Assembly: GCA_964016885.1 (NCBI GenBank)
Contig: OZ024745.1
Coordinates: 121,644,001 to 121,708,000 of the forward strand
Reading direction: 5' to 3'
DNA: 64,000 nt
DNA from: Eledone cirrhosa
Taxonomy: Eukaryota
The notes under the pieces were generated by a model, which was not told the DNA's origin, searched no databases, and saw nothing but the letters and a program-made list of their open reading frames with translations. A program made the translations under genes and the position numbers. Shown piece after piece: positions 1 to 11,455 of this stretch (positions are counted from its first letter, which is position 1; the number at the start of each line of letters is the position of its first letter).

Positions 1-47
1 AACATGGTAGTGCTATATATATATATATATATATAAGGTTTAGCAAA

Positions 48-122
<75 letters not shown>

Positions 123-314
123 ATTCTACTGTAAATTTATACAATTCATCATCAACGTTTAACGCTAACATGGGTTGTAATAACATTTTCCTTGGCAGAA
201 AATATTCCGAATATTTCAATCAGGATATATCAGGATATATGTGAAGCTGTTTAAATGGAATTTTCTCACGACATAACTTATCAACAATTATTAAAAATTA
301 AAAGAATAACTTAC

Positions 315-530
315 ACGAAGCGATAGAAAACCGTGACTTCCAAGTTGGTCATCATTCCAATTCGGTGGAGGAACTTTAAAGATTGGACCACGACTGAAGC
401 TGAATATGCCAAGAATACTGAACGGGTTTTTTAAGAGAGATATTAACAGTCTGAGCAGTGTTAGACATGTATAAAATGCGATTAAAGGAAGAATAATCAC
501 AGCTCGGGATAATTCGTAAACAATCGACAT
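315..530 (-). CDS. EPHX4: Epoxide hydrolase 4-like (EPHX4/ABHD7 family), coding exon 1; the rest of the gene lies left of the window
   Basis: ATG at 530-528; 72 codons MSIVYELSRAVIILPLIAFYTCLTLLRLLISLLKNPF...VPPPNWNDDQLGSHGFLSLR, then a phase-0 GTAAGT donor (acttac at 309-314 on +). An N-terminal hydrophobic anchor followed by PP-x3-D-x2-LG-x-H-x-(F/Y) matches the EPHX3/4 segment before the alpha/beta-hydrolase fold (human PPACLSDPSLGTHCYVRIK, recalled). The catalytic domain is not in the window. Confidence 0.7.
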
Positions 531-812
531 CTCAACTAAATGGTGTGAAAGAAACTAAATGGTTTGAAGAAAAGAAACCGCAGTGGCTTATAACACCGGG
601 AAGATCAAAGTCTATGTTCGTAGATACTAATGACAGCTCCTCTCAGATAAGTGATCTTTTATGTTTCACTCACCATGATTTTATACTTCTGCCCTACTCT
701 CTCCTCTTTTCTGATCACCCAACTCAAACAAAACATAGACTAGCAGAAATAACGCCTACCAAGAGTATTTTTTGTTTGTTTGTGTAAGTTTGTGTGTGTG
801 TTTCGTAACGTA

Positions 813-925
813 TACAGTTGTCCTCTGGCATTCGCGAGAGTTACGTTCCTAGAAAACCCCCGAAGAGTGAAAAACCGAGAATATTGGACGGGGTCCATAA
901 AAATGCCTATAAACGTCAAAACACA
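813..925 (+). mobile_element. Truncated Tigger/pogo-like MITE end
   Basis: TA|CAGTTGTCC terminus; near-identical to the start of the longer copy at about 40728-41040. Confidence 0.55.
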
Positions 926-1124
926 AAGTAAAGTATCGGTCAGAAAATACTGTCCTATCAAGATTCTGTGTCACGCTGAATTTCCCTGAGAATTACATTA
1001 AGTGTTGTGGAATGCTCAGCCACTTGCATGTTAATTTCACGAGTAGGCTTTTCCGTTGATCAGATCAACTGGAACGCTCGTCGTTGTAACTGATGGAATA
1101 CCAGTTATGTTATATATATATATA

Positions 1125-3046
1125 CTAGCAGAATGGCCCGGCGTTACCCGGGATTTGCTCTAGTGTTCTTATATATTTGATATATATTTATCCTTATTGA
1201 GCCTCGTGAAATAAATACGTTTATTTATATTTTGTTATTGTGTATGCAAAAATATCTGTACACGAATATATAATTATATCTATATCTATATATCTAAAAC
1301 AGAGAATGTCTGTCTGTCTGTCTGTCAACTCACTAAAACTTGAGAACCACCCAACCGATTGTTTTCAAACTTTACACATATAATAGTTATGGTCCTGTGA
1401 GTGTTTAGAGCAAAAAATATTTCAAATTTTTCAAAGCCCTAGGGACCGCATTAGGCGATTTAGCGATCTCTCTCTATAATTCTTAGTCTTTCTTTTTAGA
1501 TAGATACATAGATATAACGTTGCGCCCTTATAATTGTTTCTACTTTTGGCACAAGGCCAGAAATTACTCAGTGTATTACTGGTACTTTATTTTATCGACC
1601 CCGTAAGGATGAAAGGCAAAGTTAACCTCGGCGGGATTTGAACTCAGATTGTGCCCTTATAATATCTGTCTGTATGTCTGGCTGTCTGCATTACGTCATT
1701 ATGACGCGATCAGTGTGTGTGTGTATATATGTATCGTAATGCAGATAGCAAGACATATAGCTTTCCTCCCTCTTCCAGCCTCTCTCTCTCTTTCCCGCTA
1801 TCCCCCTCTTTTAGTCTGTCTGTTTCTTTCACTCTCACTCTTTCTCTTTATAACTCACTCACATTAATACTAAAGGGTTAAGGTATTGTTCTCAAAATAA
1901 ATAATATTAAATCTGAGATTTTTATATTATATGAGATAAAGCCTTTACCATGAAAATAATATAGTATATATAGAGTAATGTAAATGCTAAAGGGTTAATT
2001 CCATCAGACCATGTGAGAGAGTTTATAATCACTCACGCACACATACACACTCACGCATGCAAACGCACACAAACTTACACACACACGCGCGCACGTACAC
2101 ACGCAATAGTTATTCCACTGTCATGTATCTTTGACGCATACAACTCTCAAAAGACGGCGTCTGTCACTCTCTCTCTCCCGCTATCCCCCTCTTGTAGTCT
2201 GTCTGTTTCTTTCACTCTCACTCTTTCTCTCCCTTAACTCGTTCATATTTCTCCCCTCTATCGAAAAACGCTGTGACGAATGTGGAAAAGGAGGAGGAGG
2301 AGGAGTAGAGAGCCACTTCTTCACTTCGCCTCTCCGTTTCTTTCTCTCCCCTCTCACTCCCTTTATGTAAATACATTGACCACTTCACTAATTCGATCCC
2401 TAGGTCAGAATAATTTGAAATTTTTTTTTGCTCAAAACACTTCCGGGGGCATACGGGTTACATGTGTAAAGTTTGAAAAAAAAACGGTTGGGTACTTCTC
2501 GAGTTTTAGGGGAAACAGACACACAGACAGACATCCTCTGTTTTATATATAGACTAACAGTGGTATCCGGCGTTGCACAGGATAAGGTATTGTGAAATAT
2601 ATAACCGCCTTAGCTAAGCTTAGTATTGCCACAACCACGGCTGGCAAAGAAGTAAGGGTCTGGTGGTACGTAAGTAAGCAACTCTGTGGCTTAAAACGCG
2701 AGGAAGAAGTTATGTCACTTACCAACTGTTTGGGGAATGAGTGTGAGATTTATCTTGAGCACGGGTGGCAGAATAACCGGAGGCAGCAGACAGACAAATA
2801 TTATAAGGGCGCGTTCTGGACGCAGAGCGAATTGTAGGAAGTGACGTAATGCAGACAGACAGACATTGACGTTATATGTATATATCTATCTAAAAAGAGA
2901 AAGACTAAGAATTATAGAGAGAGATCGCTAAATCGCCTAATGCGGTCCTTAGGGCATTGAAAATTTGAATTTTTTTTGCTCAGAACACTCCCTGAAACAT
3001 AAGTATTACATGTCTAAAGTTTGAAAACAGTCAGTTGGGTGCTTCT
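1125..3046 (-). mobile_element. Cluster of non-autonomous Helitron-like elements (two head-to-tail minus-strand copies plus a nested plus-strand 5' fragment), with a SINE and a MITE inserted
   Basis: Minus-strand 3' end with GC hairpin + CTAG|T at about 1125-1152. Minus-strand 5' end (TCTATATATAAAACAGAG..(CTGT)n) ends at 2552 and is followed directly by a second degenerate 3' end (2553-2583). 2780-3046 is largely the reverse complement of about 1340-1710. Confidence 0.65.
1535..1648 (-). mobile_element. 5'-truncated tRNA-derived SINE (family A) with a 15-bp TSD
   Basis: Flanked by ttgcgcccttataat (1520-1534) and ttgtgcccttataat (1649-1663). Confidence 0.8.
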
Positions 3047-3048
3047 CT

Positions 3049-3654
3049 AATATTGGATTATCTTTTGATCACAACAGAATGATACAGGATGTTGAGAACA
3101 ATAGATGTTGAGAACAACAGGATGTTGAGAACAATAGATGATGAAATATGTTACAGAGATAAGACCCTCAATAATTTCTATGACATGTTTTATTCCAGAT
3201 ATCAACAACATAAAAAAGTCTATAAACATAAAACTGTTCTCCTTTTTAACCGTTTATTAATAGAAGCGTTAGAGTCTGCAGAGACAAAACTCATTTTTTA
3301 AGAGATATCGATATGAAGAAATTTACCTATTTTACTGACAGTATTTTTGAAAAGATATTAACAAATGATAATCAAATAGAGACGCAGAACATATTGAAGG
3401 ACATAATCCATCGATCTTATCATTGTGAAGGCATAGTGGAAGATGGAAGTAAAGAGGGACCCGAAGAAATCGTTTGTGAAGGCACAATCGATTTTGGAGA
3501 TGGCAAAGCGAACCCATTAACGAAAATACTATTTTATGGAAAAGATATGAAATCCAAATCGTATGAATTAAAAGAACTAAAAAAACTGATTTTACTGCCA
3601 GAAACATATCAGCAAACAATAACATACAGGTTTAAGAAGCATACAATATCTTAG
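3049..3654 (+). pseudogene. SAMHD1-like HD-domain dNTP triphosphohydrolase, C-terminal half; intronless, 5'-truncated, frameshifted
   Basis: Reconstructed peptide IGLSFDHNRMIQD(V)RTIDDEICYRDKTLNNFYDMFYSRYQQHKKVYKHKTV...IEALESAE...DMKKFTYFTDSIFEKIL...ILKDIIHR...IDFGDGKANPLTKILFYGK...LLPETYQQTITYRFKK is colinear with recalled human SAMHD1 [88 protein letters not shown]. Frameshifts near 3091 and in the T-run at 3294-3299; tandem duplication of about 33 nt at 3084-3140; AATAAA at 3666. Confidence 0.8.
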
Positions 3655-4069
3655 AAACACAATGCAATAAAAGGCATTTTTAAACATAAAAAGAACGATA
3701 TAAAAAAAAAATTATAAAAAAACTGGAAAATGAAACAAGAGAAATATAAAACTTTATAAAAGATAAACCTATAATTGCAGCTATATAAATATATATATAT
3801 AATGTGTGTAATAATAAATATTACCCAATTACAAGTATACTACAGAGCCGAAATACAATGTAAATGACAAAGAGTGTTTAAAACAATCACTTATGATCGT
3901 TTCATCCTACCATAAGGCCAGAGATAAGGCTCTGAACGCTTAATTATGACTGTCTTCTCTATTCAACTATGTGGTACTTTTTGGATGATGTGTCTTGATA
4001 ACACTTCAATCTATATTTGATTTTTTACTTTGATGATTCTATTTATTCCTTTGGATGGTTTGAATAATA

Positions 4070-4256
4070 ATTGTTTCTACGTTTGGCACAAGACCAGTAA
4101 TTAACCCCAGTGTATTACTGGTACTCTATTTTATCGACACCGTAAGGATGTAAGGCAAAGTTAACCTCGGCGGGATTTGAACTCAGACCATAAAAGGCCA
4201 TAACTCTATGCTGCAAAGCATGGCGTCAGACCCTCTACCGATACTGCCAATCAACC
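4070..4256 (-). mobile_element. tRNA-derived SINE family A, near full length
   Basis: A-box TGGCAGTATCGG, B-box GAGTTCAAATCC, core CTTTGCCTT.CATCCTTACGG.GTCGATAAAAT..AGTACCAG; ttgaataataa on both flanks. Confidence 0.85.
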
Positions 4257-5289
4257 TTGAATAATAATAATTATCATGACTGAATTACGTAGTCGAACTT
4301 TTTAAAATATATTATTAAAAATATTTTTTGGAGATGTATTTTTAAATTTATACTTTTAGATTTATATTTGAATTACATGCCTTCTCTTATTAACTTTATT
4401 TTTAAAAAATTAACTACTTCGGACATTTGTTTTTCACTGTACTTTTCTGTTGCAGCATGTTTTTAATTTTTAATGCTTTTATCTGCTCCTAATTTTTGTT
4501 GCATTTATATGTTCAACTGCCTCTGTTATCTTATATAAATGTTAATACTTATCTAGCCTCCTAATGTTTTTATTGTTCTGTTTCCCTCACTGTAAATAAT
4601 TTCTATTAATAAATATCTTCGATTCCTTGAATTGTTTTGTGTAGTTTTCTTATATTTTCTTATATTTGGGTCGATAAAATAAAGTACCAGTAATGTACTG
4701 GATAATTGCTGGCCTTGTGCCAAATGTAGAAACAATTATTTGAGATAGTTATGTGAGGTAAAGCCTTTACCATGAAAATATAATAGTAAATATGGAGTAA
4801 TGTAAATTCTAAAGGGTTAAGGGAATGATCGCCAGCTACTTTGGTTGATTCCAGAATCAATCAACACATTTTCATTTTATCCATATGATAATATTTACAA
4901 TTAAAAAATTATAATATTTAGATTTTAAAAAAGTGAAAGGGAAAAAAGAAAAAGATGATTAAGCAACGAAATAAAGGGAGAGAGGACAGACTTTACACAT
5001 GAGTCTGATCTGTGATTCGGCCGTGTCCCGCAGACAGGTTGGCAAAGGCATTTCACAGAGAATGGCCTGCAAATTATAACAATAACATTCCAGGGGAAGT
5101 AACTCTATCTTTTTTTTTTTAGCCTAATGAATATCTGCCGCAAAATTCCCAGCAAATCAAACCTTCAAGTTAGCTTTGATTCCCAGTTGTGGTTATTTAA
5201 TTTCCAATACAAATTTGTGTTAGAATACAGTAATATTATAGATGACGATGATGATGATGGTGGTGGTGGTGATCATCATCATCACCACC

Positions 5290-5323
<34 letters not shown>

Positions 5324-5504
5324 TTATCATCATTTCTGACACCCTAACAATGTGTAGGGGAACCTGGAAAATTTGACAGTGACCTTCTTGACAAAGAATC
5401 ATATAGCTCTGCTGCAATTTGGAAAGAGGAATGGGCTTCAAGCTGTGTGAAGTAAGGAGGTATTCTTTTTTCTTATAGTAGTCTTGCTGGGAGTGTGGTA
5501 GTTA

Positions 5505-5760
5505 TTAATCCTTTTGATATTAAACAGCCTAAAACTACACCTAGTTCTATGATACAAAACTGTTTGTTTTAAAGTATTTATATTTATTTAAAAACCTCTC
5601 ATCACAATTTTATGTTAGAATCTTTGTTATGTCTCAAATACCAGATAATGAGAAAGTTTATCACATTATTAAATCTCTTTAAATTCTTTGCAATTTTAAA
5701 AATTATTTGAAAAACATAGGCAGTGTCTTTCATCAGAAATAACATAATGAAAGGGTTAAA
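5505..5760 (-). mobile_element. piggyBac-type MITE (family 2)
   Basis: TTAA-flanked with an ...AAGGG|TTAA end; related to 37542-37640 and 60893-61528. Confidence 0.55.
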
Positions 5761-5809
5761 AGCAATTTGGATAGTGCTGATGGATAACTTCATCTGTTTG
5801 TTGTAAGAA

Positions 5810-5975
5810 TTATTCTTTGTCCTTATGTTCTGAGTTCGAATCCCACCAAGGTTAGCTTTGCCTTTCATCCTTATAGGATCGATAAAATAAAGTTCCAATA
5901 ATGCACAGGGGTTGATTTAATTGACTTTCCCCTCCTTCAAAATTGTTGGCCTTGATCCTAAATCAGAAACCATCA
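5810..5975 (+). mobile_element. SINE family A, diverged copy
   Basis: B-box GAGTTCGAATCC and the shared core. Confidence 0.7.
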
Positions 5976-6339
5976 TATGAGGGATGTCAAACAACATACA
6001 TTGGAGGGTGATTTTGGTTACACAATTAGTTGAAACATATTTGCTACCAAGATTAGTCAGCATGAAAATAGGGAAATCCCAACGAGTTAGCAGACTTCAA
6101 GTACCAAAGGGTTTACTGGAGGTGTTGTATGGTAAAAGATTGTAAAATGTCTTATTGAAATTAGTATTCACCCACTGGGTGTGTAATGCTAATAATAATA
6201 ATGAAATTATTGTGTAAAGTGCTCAGGTGCACTACAACTCGTCAAAGGTGTATGTATAGTACATAGAATAATACACAAATGTCAGGGAAGTACATGTGTG
6301 TATGTGTTAGCTGTAGTGTTGGCGGATCTCGGATCTCTA

Positions 6340-6650
6340 ATGTGCTTGAACGTCAGGGCAAGGGTGAACTGAGAAAAAAACTGGGTGTAAAAGGAATCAG
6401 AATATAGCAAGAGAGAAGATTCGACTGATTTGGACATATGATGTGCATAGATGATGAACACTGGGTGAAAGATTGCAAGGATATGCCAGTATAAGGAAGC
6501 TGCGGTAGAAGAAGACTGAAAAAAACAGGACTGAGGTGGTTAGACCTAATCTCAAAATGCTGAACCTCATGATTAGGAGGTTGTGTTGAAAAGGACCTGT
6601 CCAACCTATGCAAGCATAGAAAAATGAACGCAAAATGATGACGATAAAAC
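6340..6650 (+). mobile_element. Degraded RTE-clade LINE 3' end
   Basis: Remnant LREKLGVKGIR..QERRFD*FGHMMCID, homologous to the RTE C-terminus at 30720-30830, followed by the family 3' tail. Confidence 0.6.
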
Positions 6651-6664
6651 TGAATACTAATTAT

Positions 6665-6855
6665 AATAATTGTTTCTACTTTTGGCACAAAGCCAGCAAT
6701 TACCCCAATGCATTACTGGTGCTTTATTTTATTGGCCCTGTAAGGATGAAAAGCAAAGTTAACCTCGGTGGGATTTGGACTCAGAACTTAAAGGGCTAAA
6801 ACTCTATGCTGCAAAGCATGGTGTCTGAGCTACTGATACTGCCAATCCACCACCC
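6665..6855 (-). mobile_element. SINE family A, full length
   Basis: Same A-box, B-box and core as the other copies. Confidence 0.8.
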
Positions 6856-7669
6856 TCAATTTTAGTATCTGTACTGACGTTTCACATAACTGAACCTGCT
6901 CATCAGCATACTACATTCTCTCAAAGCTTGGCAATTAGTTTACATATACAAAAAATAGTTACAAATAAATTTTGGACTATATAATTTATGTAGATTAAAA
7001 TAGAATGACTGAAGGGGAAATAACTTAAGCGAGCTAATAACGCAAATGTGGGCAATTACATGATGTACTGCTGTATAATATAGGAAGAGGCTATGTAGCC
7101 GGTAAGAGTGTCAGACACTATGAGTTGCGGCCCGAGTTAAGACAATTGTTTAAAAACAAGTTAAAATCATTTAGTCGTCCATTCGTAATGTAGGTTAGGC
7201 TTTAGTTACATACACACACGTCTACACGTAAATACATAAACAGATACAGACAACAGAAGGAAGGGGCTGGTGAAACGCTATAGCCATGTGTGTTGCGTCC
7301 CTTTTGGGTCTACCGGCTACATAGCCTATTCGTATAATATATCAAAACATGGCCATAGTTATTCTTTGCCCGTAAACAAAGATTAAACTCTCCTTCTCTT
7401 AAACATGTAAATTAATTTTTAGAGAATTCCAACTGTTTTTAAAAATATCTTCTCTTATCTTTCTGAGTTGTTAACGATGCAGAACTTATTTTGAGTACGG
7501 CATTCCGTACTTCACCCTTTTATTTGATACAAATTCATGCTTGTTAGACCATTTGGGTTATTTCCCTTAGGACACTTTATTTTTTTACTATTATTTAGGA
7601 CCATCTCAATAATTGTTTCTACTTTAGGCACTAGACCAGCAATTTGAAGGGCAGTGGAAAGTCGATTAA

Positions 7670-7867
7670 CCCTTTACCATTGACATTAATCTATATTTAC
7701 TATTGTATTTTCATTGTAAAGTCTTTACCTCACAACATATCGAATCTACGAGATTTTGATATTATTTATTTTGAGAACAATACCTTAACATCAGTATAAG
7801 TGGCCGGTTTGAACAGAAAGAGGTGAGAGAATTCTGGCTGAATATAGCCGGTTTAAATGCTAAAGGG
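7670..7867 (+). mobile_element. piggyBac-type MITE (family 1) inserted in a SINE (about 7610-8005, minus)
   Basis: TTAA TSD at 7666-7669 and 7868-7871; CCCTTTA...TAAAGGG termini. The empty site gtcgaTTAAatcgacccc is present in the SINE at 47301-47318. Confidence 0.9.
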
Positions 7868-8229
7868 TTAAATCGACCCCAATGCGTTACTGGTGTTTTA
7901 TTCATCGGTCCCGTAAGGATGAAAGGCAAAGCTAACATCAGCGGTATTTGAACCCAGAACGTAAAGGGCTGTAACTCTATATCATAAAGGGCCGTAACTC
8001 TATGCATGACTAGCTCAATAATATCATTGAAGCTTGCTTAGCATTGGATGTTGTCTTTTTTAAATGCAAATGTCTTCAGTCCAGCTGTTGATTATAAATA
8101 AACAGAAAGACAAGACAACAAAATGACATGATTTTACTGATAGTATTACAAATGAGATGAGATTATGCTCAGTTTACTTAAGTAAATCAGTTTTTAATGT
8201 TTTGTTTCACTTCATTGCACCTCAAATCT

Positions 8230-8600
8230 AGACTTCCAGACAACATGGAGCCTCTTTCAAGCAACTGCTTCCTCTGTCCAATTGTATGGCTGCTCAGTAT
8301 GACCCTTACCTCGAAACTGGCGAGATTGTCTGATCAATGAGCGACTGTATGGGAACCTTTGTCCAGTATTAGACACCACCAAAGAGCGTAGAGTGAGATT
8401 TACAAGGCATTACTGGAGAGCTCTAAAGACGAAATTGTTAGTGAAGTATTTTTTGTGGGATCCTAGACAAGAAAGAGTTAGCAGAGGATGACAACCCAGA
8501 ATCTCTATCAAGTAGATTTGTGATGACATAAACCGCAATCCCTTTGACCTGCTGAAGATGATGAATTGAATGGTGACAGAGAGTGAAGGGAATATCTGTG
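8230..8600 (+). mobile_element. Degraded non-LTR retrotransposon 3' fragment (RTE-like)
   Basis: Remnant LYGNLCPVLDTTKERRVRFTRHYWR, similar to 31110-31410. Confidence 0.5.
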
Positions 8601-9296
8601 AGCAGTATGACCTATTGAAATCTAAAAATTGTGTCCCCTTCCATGCTTCAATATAATTAAATATATTAGTGGCTTAGCATGTAACTTTACATAGTTATTG
8701 TGATCCTTTTCATTTAATGACATATGTTTCTTGGTTACATAATCATCATCATTTTTTTTTAGCATCTGTTTTCCCTGCAAACAAGGTTTGGATATGTCAT
8801 CACACACTGGTCAGTACTCAAACGAAGTCTCTGATCTCCAGGTGGGCTGGAAGGTATGACATATGATCCCATGCTCTACTGAGTGAATTTTATCATGGTA
8901 ACAACACTAGCATAGTTGCCATGTCCTTTGTTTGGAAAGTTTTCTATGGCTGGATGTCTTTCCTACCAACAACTAATTTACTGAGTGTAGTGTGTGTGTT
9001 TATCGTATAGATCGCCAAACTAGGGAGAATATCATGTCTATGGCAGGGGCCCAAGTTGTCAAGCTCTTTGTGGTGGGTCCTGGAAACTGATCACTGATCT
9101 CAAATCCTGATCAGGCAAATGACAACAGTAACAGTCTCATACACAAAAAGAAGACATCCATGGTAAAGCTCAACAGTTCTTCTGATCCTTTGTTTGGCAA
9201 GTTTTCTGTGGCTGGATGCCCTTCCCATCACTAATAACTCTACAGTGTGTACTGGATGCGTTTATTGAATAGATTACCAACACTGGAGGGATTTAA

Positions 9297-9583
9297 CCTG
9301 TTGACTGCTGCGTATATTTTACACAGCTACAGTTGCTGTGCCGGGTTTCTTTTTCAGTAAAATAACTATTTTGATTGACAAACATCACATCATTAAACTA
9401 GTAACCCCATCTAGCTTTGAAGTTATGAAATTTTGGAAACTGGTTCATAACTTTGAAGTTATGACTGTTGGAAAGGAGTTCATAACTGTGAAGTATTTTT
9501 TTTTCCCGAAGAGGACTCGATAAGGATAATATATATATCAAATATATAAAAACCATAGAGCAAATATTTATTAAAATAACAGG
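9297..9583. mobile_element. piggyBac-like MITE (family 3)
   Basis: TTAA|CCTGTT...AACAGG|TTAA. Confidence 0.5.
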
Positions 9584-10077
9584 TTAAAGTTTAAGCAAAG
9601 AATTGCTGCTTTCATCCTAAACGGGATCTTCTGAAACTAAAAAAAATCAATCTGTGGACACAGAAGTAAATATTTCGAAAAATGTTGCAACTGAAAGAAA
9701 ACAGGAAGAGAGAATCTTTCGGTTTCCTAAATAGAATTATGAACTGTTGGAAAGGAGTTCGAACATGTTAGGACAAGTTATCTCATCCATAGCACTGGAA
9801 TGCATACATGTTAGGACAAGTTATCTCTTCTACAGTACCGAAGAAGTTAAACAATACAAAAAGAAGGAACACACAGAGTGAAGTAGATTATATGCAATAC
9901 AATTATAGACAAAATGGAGACTTTGAAATAATGAACTATTTTTTTTTTAAATAATGATTCCTAACAGAGGCAAAGGCCAAACATTTTTTGGTAAATATAG
10001 TTGATTACAACAACTCCAGTACTTGACAAATGATTATGTTATCGAGCCTCTCTCACAAAAAGTAATAATGAAAAAGA

Positions 10078-10196
10078 ATAATTGTTTCTACTTTTGGCAC
10101 AAGGCCAGCAATTACGCCAGTGTATTACTGGTACTTTATTTTATCGACTCCGTAAGGATGAAAGGCAAAGTTAACCTCAGTGGGATTTGAACTCAA
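10078..10196 (-). mobile_element. SINE family A, 5'-truncated
   Basis: Family core and B-box. Confidence 0.8.
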
Positions 10197-10985
10197 TGAA
10201 AAGCAGACAGAGTTGCATTGATGACAGCAGGGAGATGGTTGATTGGATCACAAATCCAAGTATCCTTGAGTCTCTGGTGACCTGTGACAAGAGCTGGGTC
10301 TACTGTTATGATCAAGAGGTAGAGTGCTCAGTGGAAACATTTTGTCTCCCCAAGACCCAAGAAGACCAGGCAAGACAGGTCCACTGAGAAGCACATGATG
10401 ATCGCATTCTATGACAGCAAGGGCGTCATCTACATCTACTGGGTCTCCCACAGCCAGACAGTCAACAAAGAGTACTAGGTTTTGAGGCAGTTCAGAAAGA
10501 GATTTTGTCACAAGAGACCAGAACTCTTCAAGTCTGGTCAGTAGCACCAGCACTAGGACAATGCCCCCTGTCACAAATCTATCTTGGTGACCAACTACTT
10601 GGCTGATATAGGGATCAAGGCTGTCCCCCATCCTCCCTCCAGTCCAGACTTAACCTCATGTGACTTCTGGATATTCTCAAAGCTGAAGACGTTCAGGAGT
10701 ATCTATTTTGAGGATTTGGAGGAGATGAAGGAGGCTGGGACAATCGCCCTGGACACCTTCACTTTGGAGGACTACAAGGGGGCTAAAGAAGTGGCTGGAG
10801 TGCTACAAGTGCATTGAAGCTGGAGGATCCTACTTTAAGGGAGACTAGAGTTTTGTTTTGATTTGAGGTAAATAAATGGTCCCACCCTTGCAAGCAGGGA
10901 AAAGCGGACGTAAAATGAAATGAAATGAAAAATGAAATGTCTCTGGGATAAAAGTCTCAAAACCTCTTGAGTGTACTTTGGACAC
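10197..10985 (+). mobile_element. Tc1/mariner (mariner DD34D-type) transposase relic
   Basis: Frameshifted LVTCDKSWVYCYD (first D), MMIAFYDSKGVIY, DNAPCHKS (second D) and VPHPPSSPDLTSCDFWIFSKLK (YSPDL..D motif), with several stops. Confidence 0.85.
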
Positions 10986-11309
10986 ATATATATCTACACT
11001 ATAAATAAGAGTGTATGTGTGTATCTGTATATGCCTCTCAAAGGCTCCAAAATGGTGCATCCTAGAGAAAAACAGTTTTATTTTAGAAATCTGTGCCCCA
11101 AGGAGAATGTTTTAGAGTTGTTAGATATTAAAATATGTAATTGTTAAGAGATATAACTCAACTTCAAGATTGCCAATATTGAATATCATTAGAATCCACA
11201 ACTGTCAGAATACCTCTATCTCTAAATATATCTGTCTCTCTCTATATTTTATGCTTTTCCTCTCTGTATATATCTTTACCACACTATCTCACTCCCTTTC
11301 TATATCTTC

Positions 11310-11455
11310 TATGGTGGTGATGGTGATGGTGATTCTAATAGTGGTAATGGTGGTGGTGGTGGTGGTAGTGGTGGTGGTAGTACTAGTAGTAGTGGTGGGG
11401 ATAGTAGTAATGGTGGTGGTAGTAGTAGTAGTAGTAGTAGGAGGAGGAGGAGGAG
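11310..11455. repeat. (GGT/GTA/GGA)n trinucleotide microsatellite
   Basis: Seen directly. Confidence 0.9.

Noticed and set aside
5127-5441. Poly-His / poly-Met ORFs
   Set aside because: (GAT/GGT/CAT/CAC)n microsatellite.
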